NCBI RefSeq assembly: GCF_013365475.1 | Contig: NZ_CP046579.1 | Location: forward strand, 1-32,000 | DNA: 32,000 nucleotides | Direction of reading: 5' to 3' | From: Candidatus Saccharimonadota bacterium | GTDB lineage: Bacteria; Pseudomonadota; Alphaproteobacteria; Rickettsiales; Anaplasmataceae | In this document: in pieces, positions 12,418-20,651 of the stretch | Layout of the letters: each line of letters opens with the position of its first letter | Numbering within the stretch: position 1 is the stretch's first letter | The notes under the pieces: generated by a model | Database searches by the model: none | What the model was told of the DNA's origin: nothing | The model's input: the letters and a program-made list of their open reading frames with translations, nothing else | Made by a program: the position numbers and the translations under genes

Positions 12418-13941
12418 ATGTATAGAATAAAAAGGGCTTTAATATCAGTGTATGATAAGACTAATATAGTTGATCTTGCATTATTTTTAACGCAGAAACA
12501 AATAGAAATTCTCTCAACAGGGAATACTTATAGGATACTATCTGATGCTGGAATAAAAACGCAAGAAGTATCGGATTATATACAATATCCAGAGATACTA
12601 GGTGGTAGAGTAAAAACTTTACATCCTAAAATTCACGGAGGAATACTATATAATCGGAAAGAGCATAAAGAGGAAATACAAGATCTAGGAATTGAGCCTA
12701 TAGATCTTCTTGTAATTAACCTATATCCATTTTGGGAAACTGTAGGTGTTATAGCAAATGATAAACAAATTATAGAGCAGATTGATATTGGAGGAGTATC
12801 CCTGATTAGGGCTGCAGCAAAAAATTTTCATTTTACCTCAGTCATTTCTAGCATTAGAGACTATGAAACATTAAAGATTGAAATGATTAGGAACGAAAAT
12901 AAAACAACGTTAGAATATAGAAAACATCTAGCAACTAAAGCATTTGCTCTTACTTCATGTTATGATTCTAATATTTACAGTTGGTTTTTGTCAAAGGGTA
13001 AGAATGATGACTTACCTAAGTTTTTTACTCTATACGGATATAAAGTACAAGAACTAAGGTATGGAGAAAATCCACATCAAAAATCTGCGTTTTATAGTAA
13101 TCAGTTTAGAAAGTACCCGTTGGAGAAAATATATGGTAAAGAGTTAAGTTATAATAATATAGTAGATATAGAATCTGCGCTTGACATACTCTCTGAGTTT
13201 AAAGAACCTATGGCAGTAATAATCAAGCATAATAATCCTTGTGGTGCTGCTGTTGGCAATAGTGCTTTGGAGGCGTATGAAAAGGCTTTGTCATGCGATA
13301 AAATAAGTAGTTTTGGTGGAATAGTAGCTTTAAATCGAGAGATAGACTTAAAGCTAGCGGAGAAACTAAGTGAGATATTTCTAGAAGTAGTTGTAATACC
13401 TTCAATAAATGAAGAAGCATTGAAAATTTTGCAAAAAAAGAAAAATTTAAGGGTTGTCATTTATGATCCATTTCAAAAAAATAGGAAATATCAAATCAAA
13501 AACGCTTTCGGTGGATTTTTAGTACAGGAAAGTGATAATAGCGGAATAGAAGTAGAAAAAATGAGACAAGTAACGAGTTGTACTGCAACAAAGAAAGAGA
13601 GAGAAGATCTAATTTTTGCTTGGAGAATATGCAAGCATGTAAAGTCCAATGCAATAGTTATAGCAAAAAACGGGTGTACGATTGGCATCGGCTCAGGACA
13701 GTCAAGTAGAATAGATAGTGTAAACATTGCAGTAAAAAAGGCAAATGAAAGATGTAGAGGTGCTGTGCTTGCTTCAGATGGATTTTTCCCGTTCCCAGAT
13801 AGCATAGTAGAAAGTGCAAAACATGGAATTACATCAATAATCCAGCCTGGTGGCTCCCTAAAAGATCAAGATGTAATAGCAGCTGCAAATGAGAGTAAGA
13901 TCTCTATGTTTTTTACCGGTATTCGTAACTTCTTCCATTGA
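12418..13941 (+). CDS. purH: Bifunctional AICAR transformylase / IMP cyclohydrolase
   Basis: Family motifs are present: RALISVYDKT, LSTGNT, GGRVKTLHP, NLYPF, IDIGG, YGENPHQ, KHNNPCG and ASDGFFPF. The track start at 12394 is TTG. The ATG at 12418 (MYRIKRALISV) aligns with typical PurH N-termini. Confidence 0.95.
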   Translation: MYRIKRALISVYDKTNIVDLALFLTQKQIEILSTGNTYRILSDAGIKTQEVSDYIQYPEILGGRVKTLHPKIHGGILYNRKEHKEEIQDLGIEPIDLLVINLYPFWETVGVIANDKQIIEQIDIGGVSLIRAAAKNFHFTSVISSIRDYETLKIEMIRNENKTTLEYRKHLATKAFALTSCYDSNIYSWFLSKGKNDDLPKFFTLYGYKVQELRYGENPHQKSAFYSNQFRKYPLEKIYGKELSYNNIVDIESALDILSEFKEPMAVIIKHNNPCGAAVGNSALEAYEKALSCDKISSFGGIVALNREIDLKLAEKLSEIFLEVVVIPSINEEALKILQKKKNLRVVIYDPFQKNRKYQIKNAFGGFLVQESDNSGIEVEKMRQVTSCTATKKEREDLIFAWRICKHVKSNAIVIAKNGCTIGIGSGQSSRIDSVNIAVKKANERCRGAVLASDGFFPFPDSIVESAKHGITSIIQPGGSLKDQDVIAAANESKISMFFTGIRNFFH

Positions 13942-14469
13942 GTTTATGTCTTATAACTAGAAATTTTGAAGCATTGCAACTTTGTAAATGTGTGTAGATT
14001 ATCACAACACCAATAATACAGAGCTATAAAAAAATCTACCATTTAAAAAATGCAGCGTCTTCTATACTCAAATATGTTGTAGAGATTTGAAGGATTTATC
14101 AAATGTTGGGCTTTTCCCGTTGCTGTGTGTGAAATTAAGTAGTTCTGTATCTGCTATCTTTCATATCTTTCTGTATCACAATCAACAGCATAAATTACTT
14201 CTACTATTGATGTGCTATTAATAATATGCTAAGAATTAATTATCGAACTTTTTACTTTTAATGAGACTCTATTCTTCATCTCCAAAATCAAATAAGCTAA
14301 AGCTTATTATATTTTTAATTCTCCATTATGTCATATCTAGAAATATCAGAACTTGTATGTAGTATTAACTAATTCAATGGCTAAAAATAAAAGATAGACC
14401 CAATCAGTTTCTTACCAGGAACTTACAGATACAGCAACAGAATCAAAAATATTAGCAAGGAGTTTGATG

Positions 14470-14517
14470 TAAAAAGCATAAAACCACTTCAAGCACTACC
14501 TGCTAAAATTAAGTGGC
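14470..14517 (-). terminator. Candidate intrinsic terminator immediately after the fumC stop
   Basis: On the minus strand the sequence reads UAA-G-CCACUU-(21 nt, with an inner AGCA/UGCU pairing)-AAGUGG-UUUUAUGCUUUUU. The arms lie at 14511-14516 and 14484-14489 and are followed by a U-rich tract. The stem is short and the loop is long, so this call is weak. Confidence 0.35.
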
Positions 14518-15921
14518 TTATAAATTTACCATCTCTCCCACTTTCACTATTTTTTCAAATTCTTCCTCAGTAAGCAGCTCTAGCTTCGTTGCTGCTTCTT
14601 TGAGAGTGATATTCTCTTCGTGGGCAAGCCTAGCTACCTTTGCTGCGTTGTCATATCCTATATGTGTATTCAATACAGTTACTAGCATTAACGAACGATC
14701 TAGCAAATCCTTTATTCTCCTTTCGTTTGCTTTAATACCAAACACACATTTTTCTGCAAAATTTAAACTTGCGTCAGATAAAAGTCTTATGGATTGTAAA
14801 ACATTATAGACTATTACCGGCTTAAATACATTCAACTCAAAATGACCATTTGAACCACCAATCGTTACAGCAACATGGTTCCCCATAACTTGAGTACACA
14901 CCATTGTTACTGCTTCACATTGAGTCGGATTTACCTTACCTGGCATAATTGAAGAACCAGGCTCATTTTCCGGTAATGTTATTTCTCCAATTCCACACTT
15001 AGGACCAGAGCCAAGCAATCTTATATCATTTGCAATTTTCATTAAACTAACTGCCACTGTATTAAGTGCCCCGCTCAACTCAACTAGGGCATCATTTGCT
15101 GCTAGCGCTTCAAATTTATTTTTTGCAGAAGTAAAAGGAAGACCAGTGATTTTTGCTATTTCTTCAGCAAAATTTTGAGCAAAGCCTCGCCTGACATTCA
15201 ATCCTGTACCTACTGCAGTACCACCTTGCGCAAGCTCATACACATTAATAAGAGTTGACTTTATTCTTCCTATTCCCTTTTCAACTTGAGATACATAGCC
15301 AGAAAACTCTTGCCCAAGTGTTAGAGGAGTTGCATCTTGTAAATGAGTACGTCCTACTTTTATTATGTTTTTAAATTGATGAGCCTTATTATTTAGTGCT
15401 TTGCAAAGCCATTTAAGACTTGGAATAAGAGAATGATTTATTTGCTTTGCTACTGCTATATGCATTGCTGTTGGAAAAGCATCGTTGGATGATTGACTAC
15501 AATTTACATGATCGTTTGGATGTACTGGAAATTTGCTACCTAATTCTCCGCCTAAAATTTCTATCGCACGGTTACTGATTACCTCATTCATATTCATATT
15601 AGTATGAGTCCCAGAACCAGTTTGCCATACAAGAAGTGGAAACTCGTCCTTAAATTTGCCGTCTATTACCTCTTGCGCAGCTATGCAAATTGTATTTCCT
15701 ATTTTCTCGTCCAGAGTACCATGTTTCATGTTTACGCGCGTTGCTGCAAGTTTTACTACTCCTAACGCCCTAATTAGTGGCTCTGGCATTTTTTCTATTC
15801 CTATCTTAAAATTCTCTAAGGAACGTTGAGTTTGTGCTCCCCAGTAATGTTTACTGGGCACCCTCACCTCACCTAAACTATCTGATTCTATTCTAATCCT
15901 TTTACCCATATTTCCATTCAT
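14518..15921 (-). CDS. fumC: Class II fumarate hydratase
   Basis: The [16 protein letters not shown] signature is present, together with [15 protein letters not shown] and the N-terminal [20 protein letters not shown] motif. The track start at 15939 is TTG. ATG codons at 15921 and 15909 are more plausible, and the exact start remains uncertain. Confidence 0.95.
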   Translation of the reverse strand: MNGNMGKRIRIESDSLGEVRVPSKHYWGAQTQRSLENFKIGIEKMPEPLIRALGVVKLAATRVNMKHGTLDEKIGNTICIAAQEVIDGKFKDEFPLLVWQTGSGTHTNMNMNEVISNRAIEILGGELGSKFPVHPNDHVNCSQSSNDAFPTAMHIAVAKQINHSLIPSLKWLCKALNNKAHQFKNIIKVGRTHLQDATPLTLGQEFSGYVSQVEKGIGRIKSTLINVYELAQGGTAVGTGLNVRRGFAQNFAEEIAKITGLPFTSAKNKFEALAANDALVELSGALNTVAVSLMKIANDIRLLGSGPKCGIGEITLPENEPGSSIMPGKVNPTQCEAVTMVCTQVMGNHVAVTIGGSNGHFELNVFKPVIVYNVLQSIRLLSDASLNFAEKCVFGIKANERRIKDLLDRSLMLVTVLNTHIGYDNAAKVARLAHEENITLKEAATKLELLTEEEFEKIVKVGEMVNL

Positions 15922-16258
15922 ATTATGAAGCTCAAACAAGAGCTTTACTGTACAACTTCTTATAAATAACCTTGCCTTTTATTCATTAAACTACCACCAG
16001 ACTAAAGTGTCAAGTATACTGATATTATGGTTTTATAAATAACAAATACTTCCTCATCACAGAACAGTCCAAGTACCATAGCATGATACCTCTTTGGATT
16101 TCTAATCATCTATCTATATAATAAATAATTATAGCATGAAAAATCGAACAAGAAACGTTAGATATTTAAGTATTACATCATTGACCTAATCCAGAGATTA
16201 AAAAGATAAATAGCTCTAGTATTAATAGAAGAAACTAATTAAGGTTATCAAGTAATAT

Positions 16259-16298
16259 GTGCACTTGTAAGTGAAAAAGGTTGTACTTTAAAGTGCAC
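16259..16298 (-). terminator. Inverted repeat spanning the lysS stop codon; weak terminator or stability hairpin candidate
   Basis: GTGCACTT (16259-16266) pairs with AAGTGCAC (16291-16298), and there is some imperfect inner pairing. One arm lies in the last lysS codons. No clear U-tract follows. Confidence 0.25.
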
Positions 16299-17865
16299 GT
16301 TTGATAGCACTATCTATAAGAAAAATTGTATTATCTATACCATAAAGCTTGATGAAAGACCCTATTTTAGGGCCAGTTTTTTGACCAAGTAGTGTCATAT
16401 ACAATAACTGAAACCAATCTCGTAAATTGCTATAATTATGCTTTTTCCCAACTAAAAAAACCTGAGATTGAATTTGTTCAGCAGTAGTACTAACAGGTAG
16501 AGAATACAAAGCATTCTTTAAATCTACTAACTCTTCTTTTTCTTTTTCGTTAGGAGCTTTATATACTTTTTCTGGCTTAACAAAATTAAGATAATACTTA
16601 ACTGCAAAATTTAAGAGCCTGTCTAGAATCTTATCATTCTCTGGTATAATATCCGACATATAAGTGGATATAAAACCTAAAAGAATCTCTTTATTTTCAG
16701 CATTACAAGCTGATGCCAAGTTTAAGAGTAACGAGAAGTTTATACCTGAGATTTTTACCTCTGGAACATTGCCATAGTGGATATGCCACACGGGACTGTC
16801 CACATATTTTTCTTTACTCTCATTATAACTCTTAACAAGCTCTAAATATTTATCAGTTGATTTTGGTATGATATCGAAATATAAACGCTTAGCTTTCTTT
16901 GGATTTTGAAAAATATATAACGCTAAACTCTCTGCTGGTGCATAAGTGATCCACTCCTCAAGGGAGATGCCATTTCCTTTTGATTTTGATATCTTCTTTC
17001 CTTTCTCATCGAGGAAAAATTCATAGCAAAACAGAAGTGGTGGTTTCTCTCCAAGAATTTCACATATCTGACTTGAAAGTACAGCAGATGTAGCTAAATC
17101 TTTCCCGTGAGCTTCATAATTGACTCCAAATGTAGCCCATCTCATTCCCCAATCTGGTTTCCATTGCAATTTACACCTTCCTCTTGTTACAGGAATTTCT
17201 ATTCTTCCCCCATCTATGTCTTTATATGTCACTGTTCCCTTATTGGTATCTCTTTCAATTATTGGGACTTGTAAAAGTTGAGAAGTTTTTGGACATATTG
17301 GCAAGAACGGACTATAGGTCAGTTGCCTTTCTTTACGGAATGACGGAAGCATTACATTCATTACTTTATCATAATTTCCCAATAAAAGTAGAAGCTTTTC
17401 ATCGTAAATGCCTGATCTATAGCACTCTGTAGCGCTTCTAAATTCATATTCAAACCCAAATAAATCAAGAAACCTACACAACAGTGAATTCATGTGGTGG
17501 CCGTAACTTTCATGAGTACCAAATGGATCTGGTATCATGGTCAACGGCTTATCCAAATGTTTTCTTAACATTTCCTTATTCGGTACATTATTTGGTATTC
17601 TTCGCAGGCCATCCATGTCATCAGAAACAGCAATGATTCTAGTCCTTATATTAGGAGCTATTTCCTTTAACGCATTTGCAACAACTGCAGTACGGAAAAC
17701 TTCTCCAAAAGTACCAATATGTGGGAAACCTGAAGGTCCATAGCCAGTTTCAAATATTATCTCCTTCTTATTAGGAAACCTCTGTAATATTTTTTCTGCT
17801 TCTTGAAATGGCCAGCTTGTCATTATTGGATCTAAATTATTTATCTTACCTAAAAATCTACTCAT
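16288..17865 (-). CDS. lysS: Lysyl-tRNA synthetase, class I type
   Basis: 525 aa. It has the class I signatures PSGFPHIGTFGE (HIGH-like) and KISKSKG (KMSKS-like). This is the class I LysRS architecture known from Rickettsiales and other alphaproteobacteria. Confidence 0.95.
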   Translation of the reverse strand: MSRFLGKINNLDPIMTSWPFQEAEKILQRFPNKKEIIFETGYGPSGFPHIGTFGEVFRTAVVANALKEIAPNIRTRIIAVSDDMDGLRRIPNNVPNKEMLRKHLDKPLTMIPDPFGTHESYGHHMNSLLCRFLDLFGFEYEFRSATECYRSGIYDEKLLLLLGNYDKVMNVMLPSFRKERQLTYSPFLPICPKTSQLLQVPIIERDTNKGTVTYKDIDGGRIEIPVTRGRCKLQWKPDWGMRWATFGVNYEAHGKDLATSAVLSSQICEILGEKPPLLFCYEFFLDEKGKKISKSKGNGISLEEWITYAPAESLALYIFQNPKKAKRLYFDIIPKSTDKYLELVKSYNESKEKYVDSPVWHIHYGNVPEVKISGINFSLLLNLASACNAENKEILLGFISTYMSDIIPENDKILDRLLNFAVKYYLNFVKPEKVYKAPNEKEKEELVDLKNALYSLPVSTTAEQIQSQVFLVGKKHNYSNLRDWFQLLYMTLLGQKTGPKIGSFIKLYGIDNTIFLIDSAIKRAL

Positions 17866-17942
17866 TTCAATGGATTTTTAATTAATGATGGAGTATTAGT
17901 GTTACACACTTATAATTATAAAGCAGGTTACACAAGTTTAAA
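17866..17942. promoter_or_regulatory. 77-bp divergent lysS / virB3 control region with a bidirectional -10-like palindrome
   Basis: TATAATTATA (17911-17920) reads TATAAT on the plus strand (17911-17916, 27 nt before the virB3 ATG). It also reads TATAAT on the minus strand (complement of 17915-17920, about 50 nt before the lysS ATG). No good -35 element or SD is visible. Confidence 0.25.
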
Positions 17943-18236
17943 ATGTCTACAGGCAGCATACAAATAAACCAACTTTTTAAAGGTCTTACAAGACCTGCAA
18001 TGCTTTTTGGTGTGAGTTACACGTTTGCAATATTAAATGTCCTAATTTGCATGCTAATTTTTATTAATACAAACGATCTTAGAACCTTTTTAGTACTATT
18101 TGCAATACACGGACTTGGTTACATAGCTTCCGCAAAAGAACCATTGTTCATTGAATTGTTTATGGTAAAATTAAGAAAATGCTCAAGGTGCTTGAACCGC
18201 TTTTACTATGGAGCCAATTCTTACGACATTACTTAA
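17943..18236 (+). CDS. virB3: Type IV secretion protein VirB3
   Basis: 97 aa. The VirB3-typical LFKGLTRPAMLFGV motif is followed by two hydrophobic helices. The gene sits directly upstream of virB4 with a 9-nt gap. Confidence 0.85.
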   Translation: MSTGSIQINQLFKGLTRPAMLFGVSYTFAILNVLICMLIFINTNDLRTFLVLFAIHGLGYIASAKEPLFIELFMVKLRKCSRCLNRFYYGANSYDIT

Positions 18237-18245
18237 TTCTACACA

Positions 18246-20651
18246 ATGCTGAGATTTAGAACTATTCATTCGAAGAATAAATCTATTTTAGCCAGAGAAG
18301 TTCATACCGCTGAGTTTATACCATACTCTTGCTATTGGAATAGCACGACTTTAATAACAAAGCAAAATTGGTTAGTCAAGTTCATAAAATTAAATGGATT
18401 CGCGTTCGAAACAGCAGATGATGAAGACTTGGTAATACAGAATAACATCAGAAATCAGATGCTAAGAAGCATTTCTTCTCCAGCATTTGGGTTATACTTT
18501 CACACTATCAGGCGTAAGAAAAATATTTTTTCCAATGAATCTGCAAGTCAAAAATTACCAAATTTCTTTGCTAACTATGTAAATCTAAAATGGAGAGCAA
18601 AACACTTGACAAGGCAATCATTCATTAATGACCTATATATCACTATTATCCGTAGAGCAAACACAAAAGGAGTAGAATTTTTATCATATCTGTTAAAAAA
18701 ATTCGGACATGTAACTTCAAAATATGCTTGGGAAAGCGATATGCATGCTACCTATGAAGATTTAGAAGACACAACAAATCGTATAGTAACAAGCCTTAGA
18801 AATTATTCACCTAAGATTCTTGGGGTAAAAGAAACCAAAAATGGCTTATTTTGTGAAATAATGGAATTTTTATCTAGGATTGTAAATTGTGGATTCATTA
18901 CAAATACGCTTTTTCCTTTAAAGACAGAAATATCCAAATACTTACCAGTACATAGGCTGTTCTTTGGTCGTAAGATTATACAGGTTGTGACCCATAATGA
19001 TAGTAAATATGCTGGAATAGTAAGTATTAAAGAATATGGAAATAACACTTTTGCAGGGATGCTCGATCATTTTTTACAACTTCCATATGAGTTTATCATT
19101 ACACAGTCTTTCCAATTTGCAAATAGACAAATAGCAATCGCAAAAATGCAAATACAACAAAATAGGATGATACAATCTGCAGATAAAGCTATTTCCCAAA
19201 TAGCAGAAATCTCGCATGCCCTTGATGATGCGATGAGTGGGAAGATTGTGTTTGGTGAACACCACTTAACTATCCTATGTATAGAAAAAAGCCCTAAGTC
19301 ACTGGATAATGCCTTGTCGCTGGTAGAATCAGAGCTTTCTAACTGTGGTGTTTACCCTATTCGAGAAAAAGTCAATCTTGAACCAGCATTTTGGGCGCAA
19401 ATTCCTGGCAACTTTGATTATATAGTAAGAAAAGGTACAATAAGCAGTCTTAATTTAGCTGGCTTTGCATCTCAACATAATTATCCTACTGGTAACAAAT
19501 TCAATAATCACTGGGGAAGTGCTGTTACAGTTTTCGACACAACATCTGGTACACCGTTTTTTTTTAACTTTCATATAAGAGATGTCGGACACACTATGAT
19601 AATTGGCCCAACTGGTGCTGGGAAAACTGTTCTAATGAACTTCTTATGCGCTCAAGCAATGAAATTTTCCCCAAGGATATTCTTTTTTGATAAAGATCGT
19701 GGTGCTGAAATCTTTTTAAGAGCTCTTGGTGGTATTTATACCATAATAGAACCAAGAACTAAGACAAATTTCAACCCTTTACAACTTGATGATACCTCAA
19801 GTAATAGAACATTTCTGATGGAGTGGATAAAGTCTTTAATCTGCGTGTACAATGATAAATTTACTTCAGAAGATATTTCTCGAATTAATGATGCAATCGA
19901 AGGAAATTTTAAACTAAAAAGAGAAGATAGATTGTTAAGCAATCTTGTACCATTTTTAGGTCTTGCAGGGCCTGGTACTCTTGCTGGAGCAATATCTATG
20001 TGGTACGGCAATGGTTCTCACGCTGCAATATTTGACAATAAAGAAGATTTACTAGATTTTTCAAAAGCAAGGGTGTTTGGCTTTGAAATGGCTAGCTTGC
20101 TTAAAGATCCTGTCGCCCTTGGTCCTGTCTTAATTTATTTGTTTCATAGAATAGGTACATCTCTTGATGGCACTCCATCCATTATCGTTCTTGACGAGGC
20201 GTGGGCATTAATAGATAACCCATTCTTTGCGCCTAAGATAAAAGACTGGTTGAAAGTACTAAGAAAGTTAAATGCTTTTGTTATCTTTGCTACTCAGAGC
20301 GTTGAAGATGCAAGCAAAAGCACTATTAGTGACACACTTGTACAACAAACAGCAACACAGATTTTTTTACCAAATTTAAAAGCTACTAGTGTCTATCGCG
20401 ATGTTTTTATGTTAACTGAGCGTGAATATGTGCTAATTAAGCACACAGATCCAAGCACTAGGTTCTTTTTGGTAAAACAAGGAACTAATGCTGTTGTGGC
20501 TAGAATAGATCTAAAAGACTTAGACGATATAGTTAACGTGTTATCTGGACGTGCAGAAAGTACTATATTACTACAAGATATATTGAAAGAAGTCGGAGAT
20601 GACCCAAAGGAGTGGTTGCCTATCTTCTACCAGAAGGTAAAAAATGTCTAA
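18246..20651 (+). CDS. virB4: Type IV secretion ATPase VirB4
   Basis: 801 aa. It has Walker A GPTGAGKT, Walker B IIVLDEAW and the FATQS motif. Size and layout match VirB4/CagE. Confidence 0.97.
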   Translation: MLRFRTIHSKNKSILAREVHTAEFIPYSCYWNSTTLITKQNWLVKFIKLNGFAFETADDEDLVIQNNIRNQMLRSISSPAFGLYFHTIRRKKNIFSNESASQKLPNFFANYVNLKWRAKHLTRQSFINDLYITIIRRANTKGVEFLSYLLKKFGHVTSKYAWESDMHATYEDLEDTTNRIVTSLRNYSPKILGVKETKNGLFCEIMEFLSRIVNCGFITNTLFPLKTEISKYLPVHRLFFGRKIIQVVTHNDSKYAGIVSIKEYGNNTFAGMLDHFLQLPYEFIITQSFQFANRQIAIAKMQIQQNRMIQSADKAISQIAEISHALDDAMSGKIVFGEHHLTILCIEKSPKSLDNALSLVESELSNCGVYPIREKVNLEPAFWAQIPGNFDYIVRKGTISSLNLAGFASQHNYPTGNKFNNHWGSAVTVFDTTSGTPFFFNFHIRDVGHTMIIGPTGAGKTVLMNFLCAQAMKFSPRIFFFDKDRGAEIFLRALGGIYTIIEPRTKTNFNPLQLDDTSSNRTFLMEWIKSLICVYNDKFTSEDISRINDAIEGNFKLKREDRLLSNLVPFLGLAGPGTLAGAISMWYGNGSHAAIFDNKEDLLDFSKARVFGFEMASLLKDPVALGPVLIYLFHRIGTSLDGTPSIIVLDEAWALIDNPFFAPKIKDWLKVLRKLNAFVIFATQSVEDASKSTISDTLVQQTATQIFLPNLKATSVYRDVFMLTEREYVLIKHTDPSTRFFLVKQGTNAVVARIDLKDLDDIVNVLSGRAESTILLQDILKEVGDDPKEWLPIFYQKVKNV

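Noticed and set aside
13149-13805. Three minus-strand ORFs (103, 65 and 104 aa) inside purH
   Set aside because: They are antisense shadows of a conserved purH coding frame, with no independent support.
13875-13900. gctgcaaatgagagtaag superficially resembles a tmRNA tag-reading-frame start (AANE…)
   Set aside because: It lies inside the conserved purH frame (AAANESKIS), and no tRNA-like acceptor or T-arm is nearby.
14513-14809. 98-aa plus-strand ORF overlapping the 3' end of fumC
   Set aside because: It is antisense to fumC, Ser/Phe-rich, has no RBS and shows no recognisable fold signal.
17184-17743. Plus-strand ORFs (82 and 68 aa) inside lysS
   Set aside because: They are antisense to a complete class I LysRS gene and are shadow ORFs.
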